This document shows, in pieces, positions 1 to 10,543 of a stretch of 43,285 nt of DNA (within the stretch, counting starts at the first letter, position 1; each line of letters opens with the position of its first letter). Origin of the DNA: Nitrospinota bacterium (GTDB lineage: Bacteria > Nitrospinota > Nitrospinia > CAJXCL01); assembly GCA_036011265.1 (NCBI GenBank), contig DASCNB010000281.1:1-43285 (forward strand), written 5' to 3'. Below the pieces are notes generated by a model that did no database searches, had not been told where the DNA came from, and saw only the letters and a list, made by a program, of their open reading frames with translations. Made by a program: the position numbers and the translations under genes.

Positions 1-11
1 AAAAAAAAATC

Positions 12-791
12 TCAACCAAAGCATCTTTGCCTTATATGAGAATTAATCTTTCTTATTTCCGGATTTTTACTGATGTAATCAGCTATAAATGGCAATTTAA
101 AATCCCTTTTACACTCTTTCATTTTCCCATATAGCTCACGAATCAATGACAAATCCTCCGGAGTATCTATAGTAAGACGAATATCTAAATCTCTATAACC
201 TACTGGTGCTTTCAAGTATGATATACGATATTTTCCAGAGTGTCTATATACATGGAGCGTTACATGTTCTCTTTCCTCAGGGGAGCAGACAATTTTATTA
301 AATTTTTGCAAAAGGCATGTTGAGAAAACTTCAACAGCCGTTCCAAGTGGATAACCCTGTTCTCCGCCATTCGCTGCCAAATCCGGCAGTTCTTTAAGAT
401 AGAGATCAATAGTTTGATCCATTCCATTTACGTCAGTTAATATATTATCACCTGTAACCCGTACAACTGTTTCCATATCAAAAGCTTCCGCCGCATCCTT
501 ATAACGATTTAAAACATCACTTTCGCTACCCGCAAATCCATCTATTTTAAGCGTTTCAGCTAGTTTTAATAAAGCTTTATCTTCATCGTTTTCAGTTGTG
601 GCCAAAATTACTCGGGACAAGTACTTTGAAGTCTTTAGATTTTCAATAATGTATACGAGAAGAGGCTTACCACCTATGTCTATAAGTGATTTTCCAGGTA
701 AACGCTCAGATCCCATTCTTGCTTGAACTATAGCCCCTATTTTACTTGAAAGACAACTTTTAAAAGTTTTTCCACTCCTAAGCATGCCCAC
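12..791 (-). CDS. SpsF/PseF-like CMP-nonulosonate synthetase (cytidylyltransferase)
   Basis: N-terminal IVQARMGSERLPGK, plus GSESDVLNRY, VRVTGDN, EREHVT and RLTIDTPEDL motifs typical of the SpsF family; clustered with pseG/pseI. Confidence 0.85.
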   Translation of the reverse strand: MGMLRSGKTFKSCLSSKIGAIVQARMGSERLPGKSLIDIGGKPLLVYIIENLKTSKYLSRVILATTENDEDKALLKLAETLKIDGFAGSESDVLNRYKDAAEAFDMETVVRVTGDNILTDVNGMDQTIDLYLKELPDLAANGGEQGYPLGTAVEVFSTCLLQKFNKIVCSPEEREHVTLHVYRHSGKYRISYLKAPVGYRDLDIRLTIDTPEDLSLIRELYGKMKECKRDFKLPFIADYISKNPEIRKINSHIRQRCFG

Positions 792-796
792 CTAAA

Positions 797-2497
797 TTAT
801 TTTTTTAAAACCTTAAAATCTTCTAAAAATAAAACATCAACACAGTTACTTAATAAGCTTTCTATAGCCTCATTCGGGTTGCAAACTATGGGTTCTTCAT
901 GTTGATTAAAGCTTGTATTAATTAACGCTTTTTCCTTAGTTTTGTCACAATATAATTTCACAATTTGATAATAGTCGCCGTTTAACTCCTCGGTAACAAT
1001 TTGTGGTCGCGCAGTACCGTCTTTATGGACAACAGATTTATGAATTTCTTTAAACTCTTCAAAGCAGTTATACGTTTTAGTCATAAAGTATGAACATTCA
1101 TCATTTTTCGTCCAGTATCTATAACACTGATGCGCATATTCTACAGGAGTAACCGGTCCAAAAGGCATAAATTCAGTTCTATTTAAACGTTTATTCAACC
1201 AGTCATTTACCGTGTCGTCCCGAGTATGATACAAAATCGATCTTGCTCCTAACGCTCTGGGACCATATTCCATTTTACCGCTAAAATAACCCACAACTTT
1301 ATTATTAATTAATTGATCAACTATCGTTTCAGCTTTATTATCAAGCTTTTCATATTTAATTTTAAACGAATATGACTGTAAACATTTAATAATTTCATCA
1401 TTGCTGAACTCCGGACCTAAATAGACAGTTGGCAAATCAATTTTAGTTCGCCCTGAAAAGTCATAATTGATAAAACAACAACTTCCTACAGGTAACCCAC
1501 CATCACCCATTTGCGGGAAGACATAAATATTTTCAACTTCCTCCATCTCTGCTATTATTTGATTTATTCTGACATTAGAAAAAACTCCTCCGGCCAAGCA
1601 CACATTTTTTGTTTCGCCTTTTTTTGAGTTTGCCATCCAATATTTAATATATTTAACTATTAATTCTTCGCACCTTTTTTGCAACCCGGCAGCAATGTCC
1701 TCTCTTGAAAACTTATCTAATTCTTTAGTTAAATCCGGAAGCATTTCTAAATAAAACGGTTTATATAAACCTAAGTTCGTTACAATCGAGCCGTCTTCCC
1801 ATGTAATTAATTTATTGAATAAATGACTAGTTTTTTCAGGATTGCCAAACGCCGCTAAACCGGTTACTTTTCCTTCATGCTTGTTGTGCGTAAACCCCAG
1901 GTAATGGGTAATCTGGCCATACAAAAAACCAATGCTATCAAACGACAGCTGATAATCTAGTTCAACAATTCCATCATTTTTATCAGCATAAGACGCCGAA
2001 CATGACTTTAAATCTCCCCTGGCGTCAAAGGTGAAGACAAAAGCACTATCAAAGGGAGAAGGCGCAAATGCTGCCCATGCGTGTGATTTGTGATGGTCCA
2101 GGTAAAATATCTTTTCTTTGGGAACACCGAGATCCGACATCCATTGCTCAAACTCAGAGCGGAGCTTTTCGTCGCGAGAAATTTCTAAACTTATTCTATC
2201 AACAATTATTTTCGAACAGTTTGGATTATTTTCTAAAGCTTTAACAATCCTTTTAGTTAATTTGTTAATATACTTAGGATAGTCATTTTGCTTGCTGTAC
2301 CAACTATATGTAAAGTAACTGATATCATCAATTTTTAATTTTTGCTTGTCTAAAATATAATTTAGGCTTTTTAAAGGCAGACCTTGATAGCATTTCACCC
2401 TGTTTAATCTTTCTTCATTGATTGCTTCAAGAAGAATACCGTCTTTCATCAAACAAATTCCAGAATCAATCGCATTATTTATGCCAACTATATACAT
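797..2497 (-). CDS. O-carbamoyltransferase, NodU/CmcH family
   Basis: EERLNRVK, HHKSHA, EGKVTGLAAFG, LAGGVFSNV, MGDGG, EYGPRALGARSI, KDGTARPQ and INTSFN motifs. Confidence 0.93.
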   Translation of the reverse strand: MYIVGINNAIDSGICLMKDGILLEAINEERLNRVKCYQGLPLKSLNYILDKQKLKIDDISYFTYSWYSKQNDYPKYINKLTKRIVKALENNPNCSKIIVDRISLEISRDEKLRSEFEQWMSDLGVPKEKIFYLDHHKSHAWAAFAPSPFDSAFVFTFDARGDLKSCSASYADKNDGIVELDYQLSFDSIGFLYGQITHYLGFTHNKHEGKVTGLAAFGNPEKTSHLFNKLITWEDGSIVTNLGLYKPFYLEMLPDLTKELDKFSREDIAAGLQKRCEELIVKYIKYWMANSKKGETKNVCLAGGVFSNVRINQIIAEMEEVENIYVFPQMGDGGLPVGSCCFINYDFSGRTKIDLPTVYLGPEFSNDEIIKCLQSYSFKIKYEKLDNKAETIVDQLINNKVVGYFSGKMEYGPRALGARSILYHTRDDTVNDWLNKRLNRTEFMPFGPVTPVEYAHQCYRYWTKNDECSYFMTKTYNCFEEFKEIHKSVVHKDGTARPQIVTEELNGDYYQIVKLYCDKTKEKALINTSFNQHEEPIVCNPNEAIESLLSNCVDVLFLEDFKVLKK

Positions 2498-2615
2498 ATT
2501 TTTTATTTTAACTATGATATACGGTTTACATAGAACTTAGCTTCAAAGATGAAAACAATATAGTTCAGGATTTTCGAGGATGTTCTGGATACTAAGATCA
2601 TTAAGCCCGAGGCTC

Positions 2616-3545
2616 TTACGGTTCTTGCAAAACTTTATCAATAACTTTGCAAAGCCCCTCATCCAAATTAACTTCGGGATTATATTGTAAACTTTTTTTT
2701 GCTTTTTCGATTGATGGTATTCTATTATAAACTTCCCTTTCTTTGGAGCGGTCTGAATCTTCTAAAGGGATAAACTGAGGGCTAATACTCTTTTTACCTG
2801 CTAAATTAATTGTTTTTTCAGCTAACTCTCTCATACTTATAGGTTCAGAATCATTGCCTATATTATATATTTCACCGTTTGAATTTTTGTTAAATAGAGC
2901 GGCAACAATTCCTTTTGCCGCATCAGAAACATAACAAAAAGACCGAACCTGCTTCCCATCTCCATAAATAACCGGTGGCTTGTTTTCACATACAGAACGG
3001 ACAAATTTAGGTAATACAAAAGCATCCCTTTGTTCTACTCCATATACATTAAAAAACCTTACTATAGAATAGCTTAATTGATAATTATCATAATAAGCCC
3101 TCAAGTATTCCTCCCCTACCAATTTAGTAATAGCATAATTGGATATCGGATTTACCGGTGAATCCTCTCTGATCGGGACTTTATTTTGATTGCCGTAAAT
3201 CTCGGAAGAAGAGGCAAATACAATTTTTTTTATATTTTCTTTTACACACGCTTCAAGAATATTTACTGTTCCCTGTATATTTATATAAAGACATTCCAGC
3301 CTTCTGTATTCTGTCCTTCTAACCCCTAAAGCTGCTGCAAGGTGAACTACATAATCACATCCGCGTATAACGGTAGAAACCAGATACGGGTCCAAGATAC
3401 TGCCACTGTAAAAATTACTATCATTTTCATTTTTTTTGCCTATCACTAAATCCAGTAGTTTAACCTTGTGTCCCTTTGAAATAAGCTCTTTTGACACAGC
3501 TGATCCAATAAAACCAGTTCCACCTGTTATAAGAATACAAGCCAT
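2616..3545 (-). CDS. NAD-dependent nucleotide-sugar epimerase/dehydratase (extended SDR)
   Basis: TGGTGFIG Rossmann motif, ASSSEIYG, YxxxK (YAITK), RFFNVYG, GDGKQVRSF; start overlaps the pseG stop by 1 bp. Confidence 0.9.
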   Translation of the reverse strand: MACILITGGTGFIGSAVSKELISKGHKVKLLDLVIGKKNENDSNFYSGSILDPYLVSTVIRGCDYVVHLAAALGVRRTEYRRLECLYINIQGTVNILEACVKENIKKIVFASSSEIYGNQNKVPIREDSPVNPISNYAITKLVGEEYLRAYYDNYQLSYSIVRFFNVYGVEQRDAFVLPKFVRSVCENKPPVIYGDGKQVRSFCYVSDAAKGIVAALFNKNSNGEIYNIGNDSEPISMRELAEKTINLAGKKSISPQFIPLEDSDRSKEREVYNRIPSIEKAKKSLQYNPEVNLDEGLCKVIDKVLQEP

Positions 3546-4567
3546 TACTTATTTTCTCCTGCCATAGAGATTAAATTGTTCATCTTGTCCATAACTCTCT
3601 CAATACCCAAACCATCCACAAATTTTTTCCCATTTAGACTTATGGAAGACCTTTGTGACTGGTCGCTAAATAATCTGTATAAAGCATTTTTAAAATTATC
3701 TCCCGTAAGGTCTTTATAATACCCTAAATTATAAAAAGAACCCTTTTCTTCAAATTTTCTTGCAGTTGGTATTTGATGGGGATACAGGCAAATAGTTATG
3801 GCAGGCAACCCAACACAGGCAATCTCGTAAAGACCAAATCCGGCTGCACTTATAGCTAAATCTGCATGGTAATATAAACTTCCCATATCTTTATAATCAA
3901 TAATCGGAGTAATATCAAGATTTAAATCATTAAAACGTTTTAATAGTAAGTCTTTTTCACTAACAAAAGGACCCAGCACCCATTTTATTTTACCGGAAAA
4001 ATCTAGGCCATATAACCAGTCTACCATCTTTAAATTTACATTGCAGGGATCACTGCCACCTAAACATATTAAAATTTTATTTACAAAACTTGGAATCGAC
4101 TTATCCAGTAAATTGTATTGAGCTATTTCCTTGCGCATCAAAAAATATTCAGGACCATAAAAATAATTTTTCCTTTTTAAAGGGACTCCAACAACGCTGT
4201 TAAAAACGAAATCAGAGTATTTTGCCCCTCCTTTCGTATCATCAAATGAAATAACAATAAACTTTTCTTTAATTTGCTTTATAAACTCTTCATCCTTTTC
4301 CATTATGTCTATGATTAAAATATCCTTTTTGGAGGAGGAATTTAATTTAAGTATTTCGTTTGCTTCATCTTTATTATTTACTTCTACATATTTTAAGTTA
4401 TTGCAAAGCAATAAATCTTTGGTCTCCTGATAGCCGAATATTACAAACATAGGATGTATACCGGTTTTTTGATAAAGGTGATCAGCCATAAATATCATTC
4501 GATATAAATGCCCCATTCCTATTCCTTCAATATTTGCTCCATCAACTCGTATAAAAATCATAACCAA
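3545..4567 (-). CDS. pseG: PseG/SpsG-like UDP-sugar hydrolase (GT-B fold)
   Basis: RVDG..IGMGHLYR, GPEYFLMR, ILICLGGSDP, ISAAG..LYE motifs; divergent from pseI. Confidence 0.8.
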   Translation of the reverse strand: MVMIFIRVDGANIEGIGMGHLYRMIFMADHLYQKTGIHPMFVIFGYQETKDLLLCNNLKYVEVNNKDEANEILKLNSSSKKDILIIDIMEKDEEFIKQIKEKFIVISFDDTKGGAKYSDFVFNSVVGVPLKRKNYFYGPEYFLMRKEIAQYNLLDKSIPSFVNKILICLGGSDPCNVNLKMVDWLYGLDFSGKIKWVLGPFVSEKDLLLKRFNDLNLDITPIIDYKDMGSLYYHADLAISAAGFGLYEIACVGLPAITICLYPHQIPTARKFEEKGSFYNLGYYKDLTGDNFKNALYRLFSDQSQRSSISLNGKKFVDGLGIERVMDKMNNLISMAGENK

Positions 4568-4702
4568 TTAAAGCTATATATTAAATTTGTCACTAAGACA
4601 TCAAAACACTAAAAAACGGGAAACGTAAAAGTGGAAGGAAGGAAAAAAATATTTTTTCTCTTACTATTTTTCCTCAATTTTCAATGTCAACCCATGAATC
4701 AA

Positions 4703-4731
4703 TTGAATTTTAACTCTTTTTTAGTTAAACT
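4703..4731 (+). promoter_or_regulatory. Putative sigma70 promoter for pseI (TTGAAT-N17-TAAACT)
   Basis: Near-consensus hexamers with 17-bp spacing about 50 nt upstream of the pseI ATG; a near-identical copy lies at 30670-30705 on the minus strand. Confidence 0.6.
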
Positions 4732-4781
4732 TTATCACAGGATAAGGTTTTTATCTATTATCATTATTTTAAATAGAAACT

Positions 4782-5834
4782 ATGAATGAGATAACGATTG
4801 GAGATAAAAAGATAGGACTTAACCACCCGCCTTTTATTATTGCGGAGATGTCGGGGAACCATAACCAGTCTTTAGAAAATGCCCTTAAGATTGTTGATAC
4901 GGCGTCTAAAGCAGGAGTTAGCGCTTTAAAACTTCAAACTTACACTGCGGATACGATCACAATCGATGTAAAAAATAATAACTTTTTGATCAGTGATCCA
5001 GATAGTCTCTGGCATGGTAAGACCTTATACGAGTTGTACCGACAAGCCTGTACCCCCTGGGAATGGCATAAGCCTATTTTTGAAAGGTGCAGGAAGTTAG
5101 GATTACTGGTTTTTAGTACTCCTTTCGATGAAACAGCAGTAGACTTTTTGGAAGATTTAAATGTTCCCGCATATAAAATTGCATCATTCGAAAACATTCA
5201 TATACCCTTAATCAGAAAGGTCGCTTCAACAGGAAAACCTTTAATCATTTCTACCGGCATGGCAAGTATCGCAGAGTTGGATGAAGCTGTAAGAACAGCC
5301 CGCCAAGCCGGTTGCAGAAATTTAGTTCTACTAAAGTGCACAAGCGCTTATCCTGCGACACCAGAAAATGCTAATTTATTGACAATCCCACATTTAAGGC
5401 AACTTTTTAAGACTGAGGTCGGCTTATCCGATCATACTATGGGAATAGGAGTTAGCATTGCCAGTGTAGCCTTGGGAGCAACAGTAATAGAAAAACATTT
5501 TACCTTGTCCCGATCTGATGGAGGAGTGGATTCGGCTTTTTCAATGGAGCCGGATGAAATGAAAATGTTAGTTGAAGAAACATTTAAGTCATGGCAAGCA
5601 TTAGGAAAAGTCCATTATGGGGTTACTGAGAAAGAGAGGGATTCTATCCGGTTCAGGCGTTCAATATATGGTGTAGAAAATATCAGAAAAGAGGAAAAAT
5701 TCACCTGTAAAAACCTTAGAGTAATTCGTCCCGGAAATGGTTTACCTCCAAAATACTATGATATCCTTTTAAAAATGAAAGCCTCCCGTGATATTAAGCG
5801 AGGGACTCCTATACACTGGGAATATGTGGAGTAG
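4782..5834 (+). CDS. pseI: Pseudaminic acid synthase (NeuB family, C-terminal SAF domain)
   Basis: PFIIAEMSGNHNQS, KLQTYTADTIT, TPWEWH, YKIASFE, LLKCTSAYP, GLSDHT, IEKHFTL, GGVDSAFS, IRPGNGL; these are PseI-type rather than NeuB-type signatures. Confidence 0.93.
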   Translation: MNEITIGDKKIGLNHPPFIIAEMSGNHNQSLENALKIVDTASKAGVSALKLQTYTADTITIDVKNNNFLISDPDSLWHGKTLYELYRQACTPWEWHKPIFERCRKLGLLVFSTPFDETAVDFLEDLNVPAYKIASFENIHIPLIRKVASTGKPLIISTGMASIAELDEAVRTARQAGCRNLVLLKCTSAYPATPENANLLTIPHLRQLFKTEVGLSDHTMGIGVSIASVALGATVIEKHFTLSRSDGGVDSAFSMEPDEMKMLVEETFKSWQALGKVHYGVTEKERDSIRFRRSIYGVENIRKEEKFTCKNLRVIRPGNGLPPKYYDILLKMKASRDIKRGTPIHWEYVE

Positions 5835-6024
5835 TTAAACATTACTCCTTTATCTATTAAAAAACTATAATGATTTCTGCTTTCTTTTTTATAGGAATAT
5901 TTAGCATTTTTTGGAAAAATATGTTACTTAAACCGGTAAATAAACCCAACCTTTATAAAAATATGCCCGTAATGCCCCTAAGCAAGTTCTTGAGAGAGAG
6001 CTTCCTTAATATGATAACCCCTCC

Positions 6025-7443
6025 ATGGTAAAAGATTTCCTTTACAACTTTTCCGGACGCATAGGTTCAGTGTTAATAGGATTTGTGCGGTCAATCATTG
6101 TCCCTCGCTTTTTGGGCCCCGAAATGTATGGCTTGTTAAGTTTATTTGGATTATTCCGAATCTTTCTCGAGTTTCTGGATCTTGGTATAAGCAACGCTTA
6201 TTACCATCACATGGCTGATTTACGGGTGAAAAAAAATGCTAATAAAAATTTTCAAACCGAGACATCAAAATATTTCAGCGCACAGGTACTGGTAAATGTA
6301 TGCGGGATCATTTTAGCAATTATTGCCGCTATATTTTTCTATCCTAAGTATGAAAAACAATCGGCAATTTATATCATTGGCATTTGTTCCACTATTGTAA
6401 GCCATTGCGCCTTACGCTTACAATCCCTTGCCCGCCAGCAAACTATTATTGAAAAACGTTTCAAACTTATTGCTGCAATTCTTCTTTTAGAGTCCTTCGC
6501 CGGGAGTCTGTTTGCTATGATTGGAGCTATCCTCTACTCCATAATTGGTGTCCTTATTTTCCAGCCGGTTGAACATGTTGTAAGTTGTATAGCATATTTA
6601 AAAAAAACGGGAGGGGTTCCTTCATTTAAATTCGATTTAATGAAAAGCTATAGGATTTTAAAAAACTCATTTTGTTATTTCTATGGAAGCTTATCATTTG
6701 TTATTTTACGGTATTCCGACAGTGTCCTTATAGTAAGTTTGCTTAATGTAGAGTCACTCGGGTATTATGCTCTTGCTCAGGCAATAAATGGAAACGTTAA
6801 ACTCTTCGTTCATTCTATCCATGATGTGCTGACGCCTGATGCTACTGCACGTATCGCTAAAGCGGAAAAAGTTACTGATTTGGTTGTTGATATTGAAAAT
6901 CAATCACGGTTATTATCGGGTGTCTACTTGTTTATTTCCGCAAATGCCTTTATTCTTTCAAGTATTTTAATTTACTTATTACCCAGGTTTGATGATTCAA
7001 TTGCAGTCTTTAAAATTATAGTTATCAGCCTTACGGCATCATATTTTACATTTTATCCTTCTCTTTTAATGCGTTCCAAGCGCATTGGTAAAGCGGCAGT
7101 TTATTCCAATTTTTCGATTATCTCATCAATAATTAATGTTGGAGTAAGCTATGCATTGATAATTCGTGGTTATGATATTATCGGCGTTGCTATTGGAACG
7201 CTTAGTGCCAACATTGCCACAACTATTTTATGCTTTTTTTATATTCACTTCTTCGTTTTAGAGAAACGGTTGTCGCTTTCTTATTATGCTAGTTTTGTCG
7301 GACCTATTGCAACTTTAGGAACGCTATTTTTTTATCGTTCGGAACCAATGTGGGTCTTATTTATAACATTTTATATAACTTTTTTATTTTTGTATCATAG
7401 AAGCTTGAAGGATTGTATAAATCTAATCCGTAAAAGAATTTAA
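6025..7443 (+). CDS. wzx: Wzx-like polysaccharide flippase (MOP superfamily)
   Basis: About 12-14 hydrophobic segments, PRFLGPEMYG, DLGIS and LGYYALA motifs. Confidence 0.85.
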   Translation: MVKDFLYNFSGRIGSVLIGFVRSIIVPRFLGPEMYGLLSLFGLFRIFLEFLDLGISNAYYHHMADLRVKKNANKNFQTETSKYFSAQVLVNVCGIILAIIAAIFFYPKYEKQSAIYIIGICSTIVSHCALRLQSLARQQTIIEKRFKLIAAILLLESFAGSLFAMIGAILYSIIGVLIFQPVEHVVSCIAYLKKTGGVPSFKFDLMKSYRILKNSFCYFYGSLSFVILRYSDSVLIVSLLNVESLGYYALAQAINGNVKLFVHSIHDVLTPDATARIAKAEKVTDLVVDIENQSRLLSGVYLFISANAFILSSILIYLLPRFDDSIAVFKIIVISLTASYFTFYPSLLMRSKRIGKAAVYSNFSIISSIINVGVSYALIIRGYDIIGVAIGTLSANIATTILCFFYIHFFVLEKRLSLSYYASFVGPIATLGTLFFYRSEPMWVLFITFYITFLFLYHRSLKDCINLIRKRI

Positions 7444-7721
7444 AGTAATCAAGTTTTAATTTTTTCTTAAAATTATTTTTTTTAATTTCCCCAAAAATTT
7501 TATGATCACATGAAAACTTTAAGGGCCTATGAGAATACATCTATTTACAAAACAAAAAACCTTGCAGCTTATTATTCAATAGCTCTCTCACTGAGAGCTT
7601 TGATCAGTATTTCCATTTATACATTGATACGGGTAGCTATTTACGAACAGGTGTCAGATACCCTTTTACCAATTTTTCCGGCTGTCAAAAGATGCTTTCT
7701 CAAAAACTCACTAACCTCTGA

Positions 7722-7740
7722 CCTTGCCCTCAGGGCAAGG
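7722..7740. repeat. Perfect GC-rich palindrome (CCTTGCCCT-C-AGGGCAAGG), REP-like
   Basis: 9-bp arms with a 1-nt centre in an AT-rich intergenic region; a second hairpin AGCTCTC-tcact-GAGAGCT lies at 7581-7599. Confidence 0.5.
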
Positions 7741-7982
7741 GTTTTAATGTTGGACTAAAGAAATATTTTTGTTGGCGAATAATCCTTCTCTAAAAAAGAA
7801 TGGACTTCTTTCATAAAATCATTCATTTCTACATTTTGCTTTGTTTAATTGTCATCTTTTTGGGGTATTTCTCAACCCCAAACCACCCACAATACAAAAC
7901 TCAAAAATTTCTTTAAAAAAGCAAATTCCTATAGGGAAATAAACATGTGTCCTGAATTTATTCAAAAAAAGGTATAATATTT

Positions 7983-8539
7983 TTGGAGTATTCCAACCTC
8001 TCACTAGGCCCCACCTCATTAGATGATAAAAAACTTCAACTGGTAATGGAAAAATTTAAGCAATTTCAATCGGAATTAAACGCTAGGGCTTATGTATGCA
8101 AAGAAGTGGATGAGATGGTCGCTTCTATTTCTGATAAATGCTCTTACTCTAATGGTGTGATGAATTAGTCTATGACCAAATAGTTTCTGAAAGACCGTGC
8201 CATGAAGCAGAAGTTCACTATGTCGCAAAAGCTTCAAAACATGCAAAATTTCCAGTAAAAATAGGAACTTAATAGAATGGTGGAAATTGGAGAGAAGATA
8301 TGAGTTGCCTCGTAAAATATTTATCCAATGCATTAAAAATGCCCATACACATTTCACCAATGTAAAGGCGTTTTAGACAAGCAATTCGGAATAGTAACGC
8401 TGAACTTACCCTGATTGATTTGGAAGCTGTTTTTATATCATCGTGCAAACCAAAAAGGGTGGAATATAGAAAAATTTTTTTATACTCATACCTCCCTTTA
8501 AAATTTGATATTTTGATTAAAATGAAATATGATGATTAA
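7983..8539 (+). pseudogene. Possible decayed CDS of unknown function
   Basis: A 61-aa ORF (7983-8168) is followed in a shifted frame (about 8153-8539) by a protein-like stretch with only three internal stops; no family recognised. Confidence 0.25.
8505..8533 (+). promoter_or_regulatory. Putative sigma70 promoter (TTGATA-N17-TATGAT)
   Basis: Both hexamers are 5/6 consensus with 17-bp spacing, about 105 nt upstream of the B12 radical SAM start. Confidence 0.55.
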
Positions 8540-8637
8540 GATAATTTGAATTTTAATTAAAGGTGAAGGGATAGAAATAACCAAATGACTGTGATTGCAA
8601 AGTACGAACTTCAAGTTTGTTTTAGGAATAATAGAAC

Positions 8638-10338
8638 GTGAGAATATTATTAGTCGTCCCTAATTACCAGGAAAAGTTTTATCAAATTCCTCGTGGCTTA
8701 ATGTGTATTTCCGCGTATTTAAAAGATAAGGGATATGATGTTACCTGCCTTAATCTGAACCATTACGATTCTGGCAAATTAACCAATGTTCTTCGAAAAA
8801 ACAGTTTTGAAATCGTAGCAACAGGTGAGGTGTTTACCAGATTCAAACCCATAAAGGAAATAATTGAAACAACCAGAATATGTAATCCCGATGCCAAAAT
8901 TGTTATAGGAGGTGGTATAGCTACCGGCGACCCTGAATTCATCCTAAATGAATTACGGCCCGACTATCTTGTTTTAGGCGAGGGTGAAGTGGCTATGGAT
9001 AATTTGGCCCAAGCCATCAAGAACCGCTCAGATATCCATGATGTTACGGGAGTCGCTTTTAAAGAAAATGGTACGTTTATCAAGACCAAACCCACTCCTC
9101 TCATCGAAGATTTAGACCAACTCCCTTACCCTGATTATGAAGGTTTTGAATATGCTTTTTATATGCAAAACTTTATATCTAAAAGCCAACACTTGCAGAC
9201 TATTATGGATATATCCAAAAGAAGGCTGGGTATTGTCAATGCGAGCCGAGATTGCGTTAAGAAGTGTACCTTTTGCTTTAGAATTATGGGAGGCAATTTT
9301 AGAACGCGATCCATAAAAAATTTTTTTGGAGAAATCAGTTATTTGATTGATAAATATGGCATTACTGATCTTTTGTTACAGGACGACATATTAGCATCCA
9401 ATAAAAAGCGGATTTTTGAATTTTGTGAAGCCATTAAACCTTTAAATCTCTTCTGGTCTTGCAATTTACGGGTTTCAAATGCAGATGATGATATTTATGA
9501 GGCCATGAAAGACGCCGGCTGCTATAATATTTTGTATGGATTTGAAAGCGCCAGTCCTGCTGTTCTAAAAAGCATGAAAAAGGGGATTACGCCAAAACTC
9601 ATGGAGAAAGCGATTCAGGCTTCACTTAAAGCAAAATTGCGAATCGATTCAACTTTTATTTTTGGAGATCCTGTAGAAACTTTGCAGACAATCAATGAAA
9701 CATTCAAATTTATTTACAACTATAAATCTATCCGAATGGGGATGAAGCTGATCTCTCCTTTTGCCGGGACGGTTTATTATGAAATTTATAAAAAAAGATA
9801 TGGGATAGAACATTTGCCTAACTTTTACAAAAATCACCTTATGCCTATCAACATTACGTCTCTTTCCAAAAAGGAATTCTCGTATATGGTGAGGAAAGTC
9901 GATTTTGAAAACAGCTATCATTTACTATACTCTATGGGGAAAATTCTGAATTCTAAAAAAATAGCCAAACGGATTTTTAATTTAGATATTCTCTGTCCCA
10001 ATTGCAAACTGGAAAATGATAATTGCAGAATAGATTTTAATGAAGGTTTTCGGCTGGTTTGTAAACATTGTTTGCAAACAATTTATATTAATCAAGCCAA
10101 TTTCAGATTTGGCAACATCTCTCAGATTTATCAATTTTTATTTCTTTACGTGAAGAAAATAGTCCTGTATAACGTTTATACTTATCGGCTTCTCTTTTTC
10201 ATCCTTCCTTTGATAGAAAATACAGCGGCAGTTTGCAGGGCTGTGGTAAATTTTATTCAGAAAAGGAATATCGGCCTCAATAGACCGGCTGATGACACAT
10301 GTAAAAAGAGCCGGATGTCAGGGTCATATGTCGGATGA
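8638..10338 (+). CDS. Cobalamin-binding radical SAM enzyme (class B methyltransferase-like) with C-terminal Zn-ribbon-like motif
   Basis: N-terminal B12 domain (PRGLMCISAYLK, IVIGG, GEGE, DLDQLPYPD), CVKKCTFC, GFESAS, C-terminal CPNC...CKHC; GTG start. Confidence 0.88.
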   Translation: MRILLVVPNYQEKFYQIPRGLMCISAYLKDKGYDVTCLNLNHYDSGKLTNVLRKNSFEIVATGEVFTRFKPIKEIIETTRICNPDAKIVIGGGIATGDPEFILNELRPDYLVLGEGEVAMDNLAQAIKNRSDIHDVTGVAFKENGTFIKTKPTPLIEDLDQLPYPDYEGFEYAFYMQNFISKSQHLQTIMDISKRRLGIVNASRDCVKKCTFCFRIMGGNFRTRSIKNFFGEISYLIDKYGITDLLLQDDILASNKKRIFEFCEAIKPLNLFWSCNLRVSNADDDIYEAMKDAGCYNILYGFESASPAVLKSMKKGITPKLMEKAIQASLKAKLRIDSTFIFGDPVETLQTINETFKFIYNYKSIRMGMKLISPFAGTVYYEIYKKRYGIEHLPNFYKNHLMPINITSLSKKEFSYMVRKVDFENSYHLLYSMGKILNSKKIAKRIFNLDILCPNCKLENDNCRIDFNEGFRLVCKHCLQTIYINQANFRFGNISQIYQFLFLYVKKIVLYNVYTYRLLFFILPLIENTAAVCRAVVNFIQKRNIGLNRPADDTCKKSRMSGSYVG

Positions 10339-10543
10339 CAAATTTGCAGACTCTCAACGTTAACGGCTGCATGTGATAAACACTTCTCCGCTTGAGCTTA
10401 ATCTTTCTATTTATTTAAAAAGAAACTATTCCACAATAAGAACAGCTTTTTTTTTCATTATTTATTGGGTTCCCTGTGATTTTTTTGCTTTAAAAACTAT
10501 CTCGTTTCATATTTTAAAACATTCTTGAATCAGGATATTATTT

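Noticed and set aside
7510-7758. 82-aa ORF as a real gene or RiPP precursor for the SPASM enzymes
   Set aside because: No motif, it runs through palindromic DNA and it is not adjacent to any SPASM gene; the radical SAM context is glycan, not peptide
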